64,000 nucleotides of DNA from Basidiobolus meristosporus CBS 931.73. Taxonomy: Eukaryota > Fungi > Basidiobolomycota. Below, piece by piece: positions 39,611 through 50,705 of this stretch. Location: the NCBI GenBank assembly GCA_002104905.1, contig MCFE01000257.1, positions 1 to 64,000 of the forward strand, read 5' to 3'. The position numbers and the translations under genes were made by a program. Under the pieces are notes generated by a model. The model was not told where the DNA came from and made no database searches. It saw only the letters and a list, made by a program, of their open reading frames with translations. The number at the start of each line of letters is the position of its first letter. The first letter of the stretch is position 1.

Positions 39611-39965
39611 TGCTTCTAAGGTTTACTTGGATAGTTCCTTCTCCCACTGCATTAGGTGTTCTATTGTCACCCATGAGAACCTTCATGATTGAAATATCTT
39701 GAAATTGTATAAAAAGTTCTTTTTGGTGTGTGGAGTGTTGAGATGCTCTAGAGTCAATGTTTCATGTCTGAGTAGCCTTGTTTGTGGTCATATTTAGTGC
39801 AGATATGAATAGTCTATCTTCAGTTGTTGCAGAATTTCCATATTTAGACTTCTTTTGCTGATTATCTTACTTTTTGAGACACCAGTCTGATGTGTATCCT
39901 TTCCTTTTGCAGTAGTTGCAATACAGGATGCTGTTGCCTCTGTACGGTCTTGGGTACTTCCTTTT
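39611..39965 (-). pseudogene. Copia gag-knuckle/protease fragment
   Basis: Colinear with about 52890-53240 (KGYTSD, IDSRAS). Confidence 0.75.
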
Positions 39966-40028
39966 AAAAGAAACATCATGTTACCAGAAGAGTGCCAGCA
40001 AGAGACTAGTAGGCCAAAACAGATGCGT

Positions 40029-41083
40029 TGTAGTGGGGTCACAGTGACACTCACAGGCAGATGTGCTCATTCCCATACATTCACTTCCCTAAAAAGGATT
40101 ACCCCCCCTATATTAGTATCATCCCAAATTGCAATATTTTCTATCTGTTCATGTGATTGTTACTATGCAACCTGACAAACTATTTGTCACTATTAACCCA
40201 TTGCACAAGCTATTCCTATTCCTTGCCAAGATGCCAAGATAAGATAGTTATCATGTAAGGCAAGTGCCCCCAACAGTGCCTATGTCATGTGACCCTCCTG
40301 GTTTCATAACCCTCCAATCCTACTACCATATGAGGTAACTACATGACACAGAGGTTTCATATTACCACTAACTGATTGGCTAGGTGCTACTATGTCTCAT
40401 GGAACAATCTGTCAAGAGTTTGAGCTATTCTTAGTACATAGTGACATGATTGGCTGTCTGCTACCTTCTGGAAACTTCTGGAAAGTATTTTCCAGCAAGA
40501 ATTTGAGCAGCAAAAAGTATATAAGGGAGGCTATCCCTTAAAATAAATGATCCCTCTTCCAATATTACAACTTATTGATTAGTGAGATCACCGCTACCTA
40601 TTACCACTACTTTCTGACTCAGACCTGACAATACTCCCAGGAAACCATGCTGACAGCCAACTGACCTTGGAGGCACTACTTGTGAGGAATACTCAGCGTA
40701 GGCATTTTATTATATTTGATTGTTTCCCAAGTTTGTTCTTGTACAGGCAAAGATACTTTTCAGTCTTTGTAACTATTGGTCAAAGCTGCATTCTTAGCAA
40801 GTCCCTGTTGGTGGAGTTTACAGTTGTTTTGACTTTGGAAGCTTTAGAACATTGTCATCTCAAAGGATGTTTTGTTAAGACACCAAGTAAGTTGGGGATT
40901 GTAGTTCAATAGTTTTCCCTTGACAAGCTTGAGGCTTTATCCCCCTTCACATTAGATTAAACAAAAGACCCGGTATTCCTAGCAAGCTTTTGCCAGAGGT
41001 TATTGCACCCAGTGAACACTACACACATTCACACTTGAGGAGTGTTGGCCATATTTTGCCCTTTGGGCTTATACACCCCCACA
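40029..41083 (+). repeat. Solo LTR of family B, second copy
   Basis: TGTAGTGGGG...CCCCACA, 1055 bp, flanks GCGT/GGGT (4-bp TSD with one mismatch). Confidence 0.88.
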
Positions 41084-42028
41084 GGGTCAGAACAGAATTT
41101 ATCCAGGTAAAAACTCACCTCTTTATAAGAAGCACTCAGACAAAGTAGCAGTGAAAGACCTGGCAGTGATAAAGGAAAAGGTAAAGGAAAAATGTCTACC
41201 CAAGCCTGAAATGGGGAGGCATGCAAAAGAAACTGCAGTTCTTGCCAATTAATGCTGCAAGCCAGGAACAGGCTGAATCCCATGATAGCCAAGAAGAATT
41301 ACCAACAAGAAAACAGATATTTTCACAAGAGTTGGAAGCACCACCAATTGAGCTACACTCCAGCAAGGTAGATGAGTTTGCTGAAAAAGGCAATTTGTCT
41401 ACCACAACCTCCATTGTTGACAGAGTGGAGATCCCACTGACAGACAAGGCTACAATGTCAAGAGCTTGAAAGACTATCACAATGCCTTCAGTGGAGTTTT
41501 GGAACATTAATAGGTACACCAAGAGGTTGCAGCACTTCTTCAAGAGCAGTACTCAAGAAAATGCACTGGAATATTGCAAGGATTTATTGCAAAGACTGGC
41601 AGATGAGGAGCTAGACCTTGCAGTGCTGGCTGAAGACCAGGATGTGTGGGAACCAGTGAATGAACAGTGGCATAAAGCCATTGGGTTCCCACCAAAGTTG
41701 TGGAGCCAGCTTTACAGCAGAAATGCTTATTGAGTGGAGGATTTCAATGGAGTTACTTGTTGAGTGTGGGGTTGGGCTTAATGTTAGTGTAAGGTATAGA
41801 CACTTGTATAGGTCAATACAATTGGCAATTAAGGTACAACTGAAGTTTCAATGGAAATAAATCAATTGTTATGCATGAAAAGTAAGAGAAATGTTTGAGT
41901 CAGGAAGTAAGGAGTGTGAAAAAGAGGCAATAGCCAATCAATTAACACAAATGTATGAGGCAACAGAGTGTCCAGGATCAGAAAGTGAGCAAATTGGCAG
42001 GGAACCAATCAAAAGCCACTTATACATT

Positions 42029-42762
42029 AGACTTGTTCCGTTGGATAGTGCCACATTGAGCCATGAGTGCCAATTGATGCCATAATGTGCCAGAGAGATC
42101 AAGTGAGCCTATACTTGGCCACAGAGTGTGAAACATAGCTCTGCATCTTCATGTAAAGCAGCCCCTGTGTTTCACCCATTGCGCAGGAGAAAATCCATTT
42201 TTTGACCTTTTTTTGTGGATCAATGTAGCTCAGGATGTGTAAGAGCACAGGAGAACTGAAGATATGCATCTGGTACTCAATACCCATGGCACTCTGAATC
42301 TAGCTCCTGTAGCTTGTATCATGTCACAAAAATGAATGGCACTATCTTGGTCCACTGGTTCTATCTGGCACTATAAGTGCTTTGTATAGATCTTACTTTA
42401 GGGCTAATATTTAAATATAGTGCCAGATAGTACCAGTGGACCAAGATAGTGCCATTCATTTTTGTGACATGATACAAGCTACAGGAGCTAGATTCAGAGT
42501 GCCATGGGTATTGAGTACCAGATGCATATCTTCAATCTGCTTGTGCTCTTATACATCCTGCACAACATTGATCCAAAAAAAAAGGTCAAAAAATGGATTT
42601 TCTCCAACACAATGGGTGAAACACAGGGGCTGCTTTGCATGAAGATGCAAAGCTATGTTTCACACTCTGTGGCCAGGTAGAGGCTCAACTGGCCTCTCTG
42701 GCACACTATGGCATCATTTGGCACTCATGGCTCAATGTGGCACTATCCAATGGAACAAGTCT
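42029..42762. mobile_element. 734-bp fold-back element, full copy 2
   Basis: Arms 42029-42374 and 42417-42762, 42-bp loop, ATT on both sides; empty site with a single ATT at about 11760. Confidence 0.92.
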
Positions 42763-43454
42763 ATTGTTGAGATGAAAAATTTTGACCAAGTTTTTTGTGA
42801 AATCTGGGGTGCAATTATTTTTCAATGGTCTCTGGACAGTGTCCCAGCAAGATTAGTACCTCTTAGTCATGGGACTTTAACTTTGTGATGGCCTTTTGAT
42901 GGGATCATCTCAATAATCTCTCATAGGGTCTAGGATTTGAAGGTAATGATCTAAGTGACCAAGTTAGGAGAATATTTAGGTAGAATTACAAACTTTTACA
43001 ACACTTTTGTCTATTGAGGACTTGATCCCAAGTAGTAACTAACTTCTCCTAGATTAGACATCTTAAACTCCTTAGATTAGTTGGATTTAGTCTGTTCCAA
43101 TGTTTTTTGGGAATTTGTGGCTCTAATTAGATCTTCCACACATAGAGCTAATAGAACTCAATATACTCAATCTGGCTTATAGTAGATACCATAGTCAGCA
43201 GTACTCCTTTGGAAACTCAATGATTCTGGTTGTGGATCTATTTTGATTTCCAGGCCTCTAAGGAATGTTTGAGACCATATAGTAGCTTTTTAAGCTTGCC
43301 AGCCAAATGGGAGTTATATTGGTCAACAAACCCATCAGGTAGGCTCATGCATATGTTCTCATCAAGTTTTCCATTCAAAAGTGCAGTCTTTACATACATT
43401 TGATCAATGAAAACTAGATTTGGCTGCAATAGCCAATATTAACCTGATGGAATT

Positions 43455-46400
43455 TGTTGCAAAATTTGTGTTCCATCTTAATATTCACCTAACTTAGTCA
43501 CTTAGATTGTTACCTTCAAATCCTAGAGAATACTACCAAGCTCTTTGATGGGATTTACTTGGATTATTTTCACCAAAATATCAGATACCCAGAATACAAA
43601 AATTCTCAAGGTTGCCCAAACAGCCCCAAACTTTGCACGCATGCTCTTGAGACCTTCTGAAACCAGTTCTATTTGCTTGTAATGCCAAGACCATGTAAAA
43701 GTATAAATACTACTTTTACATTCAATAGATCATTAAGTGAAAACCGCATAGTCTACTTGTTCTCCCAATCACTTCCAATATCTCCAAGACTCTTACAACA
43801 GGTTATGAGACCCAAGCTGTCACTCATTTATCTGAGTGGGGGTGTTGTAGAAATTTATAATTCTACCTAAATATGCTGCTAACTTGTTCACTTAGGTCAT
43901 TACCTTCAGATCCTAAAGAAAACTGACCACATTCCTGTTGGGATTGACTTGGACTATTTTTACCAATATATCAGGTACCCAGAACATGAAAATTCTCAAA
44001 GTTGTCCAAACAGCCCAAACTTTGCACACATGTTCTTGGGACCTCCCTAAACCTATTCTCTGTGTTTGCTATGCCAAGAGCATGTAAGAGTATAAATTCT
44101 ACTCTTACATGTTGAAAGAGTCTTGGAGATATTGGAAGTGATTTGGGAGTACAAGTAGACTAGGTGGTTTTAACTTGGTGATTTATTGAATGTAAAAGTA
44201 GCATTTATACTTTTACATGGTCTTGGCATAACAAACATGTATAATAGGCTAAGGAAGATTCCAAATACATGTGTGCAAAGTTTGGGGCTGTTTGGTCAAC
44301 TGTGAGAATTTTCATTTTGTGGGTACCTGATATTTTGGTGAAAATATTCTAAGTAAATCCAAACAAGGAATTTGGTCAGTATCCTCTAGGATTTGGAGGT
44401 AATGATCCAAGTGACTAAGTTAGGTGAATATTTAGGTGGAATTACAAATTTTTATAATGCTCCCACCCAGCTAAATGTTCATACGGACTAGTCCTAATTT
44501 TGACCTAAGAGATTCAAACTTGTCTCTAGCTAATGGTTTGGTGAATATATCTTCAGCCATTTCATCAAAAGGACAGTAAACTAAGCTAACTATGCTATTC
44601 TCTATAGCTTCACATATAAAGTGATGTCTGATATCCATGTGCTTAGTTCTAGTATGAAAAGTTGGATTTCTATCTAATTGTATACATGCCTGATTATCTT
44701 CTAATGAAGTAATAGCCATTTCTTGACATAAGCCTAAATTTGTAAGAAACTTTCTTAACCACATTGCTTTTTTTGTAGCTTCACAGGCTGCCATATACTC
44801 TGCCTTTGTGGTACAAAGTGCTGCAATTGGTTGCTTTCTTGAATTCCATGAAGTTGCTCCTTTGCATTAAAGAATGGTGTATCATGTGGTGGGTCTTTTG
44901 TCTTCCAAATTTTGTACCTGATCAGCATCAGAGTATCCCACAAGATCCTGTTCTGAATCCTTATAAGTGTATCTTAAGCAGATATCAGCAGTTCCTTTTA
45001 AGTATCTAATAATCCACTTAACTGCTGCAATATGATCAGATCCATAGTTCTGATTATGTTGACTGACAACTCCCACTGAATATGAGATATCTGGACATGC
45101 TCCAAGCATGATATACATCAAACTGCCAACCATAGATTGATAAGGAAATTCAGGGCTTTCAGATGGCACCAAGCTCTCTTGATTTGGTTGAGTTTTGACC
45201 AAGTCAAAGTGTGTCTCCATTGGGGTAGCTGCCAGCTTACAGTCTTCCATTTTGTACTTCTTTAGTATATCTTGAATATACTTGGATTGGCTTAGGGTAA
45301 TAGTCTGGGTACTTCTGTCTATGGAGAACTAGATCCCTAAGTAGTAACTGAGTTCTCCTAGATAGAACATCTTGAACTTCTTAGATAAGCTGGATTTAGT
45401 CTCTTCCAATGAATCTAGGTTATTGGTGGCTATAACAAGGTCATCCACATATAGAGCTAATAGAACCAGATTTGCTCTATCTGGCTTATAGTATAAACTA
45501 TAGTCAGCATTACTCCTTTTGATACTCAAGGATTCCAAATATAAAAATCTATCTGGCAATTCCAGGCTCTTGGTGATTCTTTGAGACCATATGGTGACTT
45601 TTTAAGCTTGCAGACCAAATAGGGGTTATCTTGGTCAACAAACCCATCAGGATGGTCCATATACACCTCCTCATCAAGTTCTCCATTCAAAATGCAGTTT
45701 TAGATCCATTTAATGAATAAAAAACTTATATTTGGCTGCAATATCCATTATTAATCTGATTGAATTTAGCTTGGCTACTGGTGCAAAGGTCTCAGTATAG
45801 TCAAGTCCTTTTGTTTGATAGTATCCTTTGGCCAAAAATCTTGCTTTGTATCTTTCAATTGTACCATCAGCCTTGTATTTTGTCTTGAAGACCCACCTGC
45901 ATCCAGTTGATTTTTGGTCGATTAGTATTTGACTAAGTCCCAAGTTTGATTTTCCATCAGGGCCTGATATTCCTCAGTCATTTCAGATCTCCAAAACACT
46001 GTCTGAGAGCTATTTAGGGCCTCCTTTACAGTCTGGGGCTCATCAATATGGACTGAATAGGCATAGGCTAAGTTTGTGCCCACTTTGATATAGTAATTTG
46101 GGCTATTTCTTGTCCAATTAAATCTGCAGGCATTTGATTCCAAAAATGATCACTTCTGGGATATTCCTGGGCACTGCTTCAGGCTGAACTATGGTGTAGA
46201 GTCCTCTGGAGTGAAAAAATTTTCAATATTTTGCTCTGATTCAATGCTGACAATTAGTGGACTTGAGATTACATTTTTGTCATTGTCTGATGTCATTTTT
46301 TGCAAAAATTTTGAATTTTCATCAAAAAATACATCCCTGGACTTGATTAGCTTCTTTGCTTTGGTATTGTAGAGTCTATATGGTTCACTCTCATTGCAGT

Positions 46401-48879
46401 AACCCAAAAATATGCATTTTACACTTTTTAGCTCAAATTTTGACTGATTTCTGGACAGTTTCTTGGCATTTGCTGTACACCCAAATATTCTTAGATGTTC
46501 TGCACTTGAACTGCACCCACACCATGCTTCAAATGGAGTAGAATCACAAAGTATTCTGTTATAACTCATATTTTTAAAGTATACCGCAGTGACAACTGAC
46601 TCCACCCTAAAATCATAGGATAATTTTTGATTATGAATCATAGATCTTGCCATATCAATTATTGATCTGTTAGCACATTCTGCTACTCCATTTTGCTGTG
46701 GGGAGTATGGTACAGTAGTCTCTTGCTTTATCCCATGAATTTTGCAGAGGTGGATGAAGAGTTTTGAGGTATATTCTCAACCATTGTCAGAGCGTATTTT
46801 CTTGATTTTTTCACCAGTTTCTCTCTCCACCATGACTTTGAATTCCCTGAACTTAGACAGAGCTTCTTCCTTCCTCTCCATGAAGTAAACCCATGTGTAT
46901 CTTGTATAATCATCAATAAAAGTGATTGAATACTTCATTCTGCCTAAGGATAAATTTTGCATTGGTCCACACAGATCTGAGTGAATTAAATCTAATTTTT
47001 TCTTAGTTTTGATCAACCCAGAGCTCTTGAGCAGTTGTATGGCTTGTTTCCCATATATGCAGGCTTCACAGTGCTCCAAACTAGCCAGGGGATCAATTTT
47101 TACTCTTGAAATTAGCTGATCTTTGATCTTTTTGGGCAAATGATCAAAATTGATGTGCCCAAATCTCCTGTGCTAAAGCATTGGTGTTTCTTCATTTAAG
47201 TTACTTTTATTGGCTTCCAAATATGATGGAATATAAGTCAACTTGTATAGGTTCTGACCTCTGATACCCAAGGCAATATGGGCACCATTTTGATCAGTGA
47301 TCTTGCATCCAGAATTGTCAAAGCTGAAATGGAGTCCTTCTGCAATGGCCTTGCTTACAGATAGTAGGTTCTTGGCTATTTCTGGTGCATAGAGTACTTG
47401 TTTAAAAGTCAGTGTATGGCTTCCTTCACTACTTCTATGGTTTACTTGAATAGTTCCTTCTCCCACTGCATCCAGTGTTCTATTGTCACCCATGAAAACT
47501 GTCTTAATTGGAATTTCTTAATACTTGGTGAAAAGTACTTTTTGGTGTGTAAAGTGTTGAGATGCTCCAGAGTCAATGTTTCATGTCTGAGAATCCTTAT
47601 TTGTGGTCATATTTAGTGCAGATATGAATAGTCTATCTTCAGTTGTTGCAGCATTTCCATATTCAGGTTTCTTTTGCTGATTATCTCTCTTTTTGAGATA
47701 CCTGTCTGATGTGTGTCCTTTCCTTTTGCAGTAGTTGTAAAGCAGGTTGTTGTTGCCTTTGGAAGGTCTTGGGTACCTCCTTTGGTGTTTTTCATTGCTT
47801 ATTAACGCATTTTCTTCTTCCTTCTTTTTGGTACCTGATTTTTGTAATTCTTCATCCAGGAGCCTTCCATATACGTAATTTAAGGTCAAGTCTTCAGTTC
47901 TGGACTCTAGGGCTGATACAATGCCCTGGAATTTGTCTGTCAGGCTATTCAGGATGGTAACTATCACATCCTCATCAGTAGTTGGTACACCCACAGATTT
48001 TAATTCATCTACCAGCAGGGTAATTCTGTTGAATAGATTTTTCATTTCTTCTCCTGGCTGCATCTTTGTAGTAAAGAATTTTTGTCTCAGATGCATTGTC
48101 TTAGCAGCTGAACATGACTCATAGGTGACTTCTAATGCCTTCCAGGCATTCTTTTCTGTTTTTGCTCTTGAGCATTGAATTAGTAATTTGTCTTTAACTT
48201 TAAGGCAAATGCAGTTAAAGACACTTTGTTCTTTCTTCTGGTACTTTAAGGCTTCCTCTCCCACATTTTTAGGAGGGCATTCTTCTCCCATGATAATATT
48301 CTAAAGGCCTCTTTCTTGTAGCAGCATCTTCATCTTCACCTTCCACACTTGGTTGTTAGATCCATCCAACTTTTCAGCAGAGAGAAAAATTCCATTAATA
48401 GCAGTAGTAGGTATTGCAGAGAGTGCCAGCTTGAGGCTCATAGCCTGTTGTCAGAGTCATGGAGATACTGGAAGTGACTTGGGAGAACAAGTAGATTATG
48501 TGGTTTTCACTTATGGTTTATTGAATGTAAAATTAGTATTTATATATTTACATGATCTTGGCGTAACAAGCACAAGGAATAGGTTAAGAAAGGTCCCAAG
48601 AACATGTGTGGAAAGTTTGGGGCTGTTTGGACAACTTTGAGAATTTTCATGTTCTGGATACCTGGTATTTTAGTGAAAATATTCTAAGTAAATCCCAACA
48701 AGGAATTTGGTCAGTATCCTCTATGATTTGAGGTTAATGATCCAAGTGACTAAGTTAGGTGAATATTTAGGTGGAATTACAAATTTTTACAACATTACAT
48801 TCAATAATTAATTAAGTGAATACCACATTATCTACTTGCTCTCCCAATCACTTCCAGTATCTCCAAGACCCTTACAACA
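43455..48879 (+). mobile_element. LTR-PBS-PPT-LTR miniature Copia derivative (TRIM-like), second LTR split by a full-length Copia
   Basis: LTR 43455-43800, 42-bp internal 43801-43842, LTR 43843-44109 plus 48795-48879. Flanks GAATT and CTATA do not match. Confidence 0.7.
44110..48794 (-). mobile_element. Full-length (4685 bp) decayed Ty1/Copia element
   Basis: LTRs 48446-48794 and 44110-44459, exact 5-bp TSD TTACA, gag-PR-IN-RT-RH fragments with multiple stops and frameshifts; LTRs only about 85-90% identical by eye. Confidence 0.95.
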
Positions 48880-49859
48880 CTATATCCATACCATTCTTCA
48901 AATGTAGTAGAACTATGAAGTCTTCTGTTATAACTCCTATTTTTAAGGTATACTGCTGTGCCAACTGATTCCACCCTAAATTTATAGGAACATTTCTGAT
49001 CATGGATCATAAATCTTGTTATATCAGTTATTGATCTGTTTGCTCATTCTTTCTTGCAGCAGCGGATTAAGGGTTTGAGGTATGTTCATAATTTTTCACT
49101 AGTTTCTCTCTCTGCCTGGGTTTTAAGCTCCTGAACTTAGACAGTGCTTCTTCCTTTCCTTCCAAGAAGACCCATATTGATTTGTATAAGCATCAATAAA
49201 AGTAATTAAATACTCATCCTGCCTAATGATAAGTTTTGCATAGGTCCATACAGATCTTAGTAGGTTGGATCTGATTTTTCCTGGTTTGAATTACACTGGA
49301 GCACTTGAACAGCAGCCTGGCTTGTTTCCCATATATGCAGGCTTCAAAGTACTCCAAATTAGCTTGAGGAGCAATTCTCACTCCAGAAATGAGCTGATTT
49401 TTTATCATTATGTGCAAATAATAAAAATTGGTGTATTCAAATCTCCTGTGGTGGAGCATTGGTGCTTCTTCATTCAAGTTACTTAAGTTGACTTAGCTTG
49501 GGGCTCATAACCCCCTGTAAGAGTCTTGGAGATATGGGAAGTGATTGTGAGACAAGTTGATTATGTGGTTTTCACTTAATGGTTTATCAAATGTAAAAGT
49601 AGTATTTATACTTTTACATGATCCTGGCATAACCAGTACATTGCATAGGCTTAGAATGGTCCTAAGAGCATGTGTTCAAAGTTTGGACTGTTTGGACAAC
49701 TTATTTGACTTTCATGGTATGGGTACCTGATATTTTGTTGACAATATATCAAGTAAGTCCCAACAGGGAATTTGTTCAGTATTCTGTAAGATTTGTAGGT
49801 AATGTTCTAGGTTACTAAGCTAGGCAAATATTTAAATTAAATTACAAGTTTTTACAACA

Positions 49860-50300
49860 GATCTTGTTATAGCTACCAATAACCAAGAAACATTGGAAGA
49901 GACTAAATCAAGCCAATCTAAGGAGTTCAAAATGCCCATTCTAGGAGAGCTTGGTTACTACTAAGGAATAAAGTTCTCCACACACAGAAGTACACATACT
50001 ATCACCCTATGTCAATCCCGGTGTATTCAAGATATACTAAGGGAGTTCCAAATGGAAGGCTGTATACAGGCAGCTACCCCAATACAGACAAATCTTATCT
50101 TGTTCTAAACTCAATTTACTCAAGAGAGCTTGGTGCCATCTGAAAGCCCAGAATTTCTTTTCTCTTCGATGGCTGACAATCTGATGTATATCATGCTTGA
50201 AACATATCCAGATATCTCATATTTGATGGGAGTTGCTAGTGGGTGCAATAAGTGCTATGGATCTGATCATGTGGCAGCAGTGAAGCAGATTTTTAGGTAC
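49860..50300 (+). pseudogene. Copia RT fragment
   Basis: YIMLETYPDISY...YGSDHVAAVKQIFRY. Confidence 0.8.
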
Positions 50301-50705
50301 AAGCCAAGTTCTACACTATTCAATATGGAATTCATGCAAACAAGAACCAGAGAAGACCTATAAGGGGGACTATAATCCAGCAGGGAGAAGGAATATATTG
50401 GTCAAGTACCAAAAAGTATTTTACAAATATTCAAATGGTGTTCCTGGCAAAAGTGGTGGCAACCAAACATATGTTTGCGCAACACATATGTTACCAGCAA
50501 TACAAGGCATATGGCAACTTTATAAGTATCACACTGATAAGCCATAAAGTTGTGGTGATAGAAGTGTGTCAATGCAGCAGGTGTGCATGAGTGTAGAGCT
50601 GAGTAAGCAGGAGATCATAGTTTTTTTAGTTGAAACTATCAGTGGAATACCCTGGGTAGTAGTGGGTAAGCAAATAAATTGAGGCTATTCTACAACAAAA
50701 TATAT

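Larger units (their letters stand above)
39970..42928 (+). repeat. Family X, copy 5 (interrupted by LTR-B and the fold-back element)
   Basis: Least decayed ORF pieces 41221-41469, 41482-41733, 41660-41860; colinear with 10.77-11.93 kb across both insertions. Confidence 0.78.
43004..49859 (-). mobile_element. Deleted Copia host copy (LTR 49513-49859, PBS, integrase 48880-49480, RT 43004-43454) split by later insertions
   Basis: PBS joined directly to the GAG-pre-integrase region (gag and protease missing); RT fragment on the far side of the nested insertions. Confidence 0.7.
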
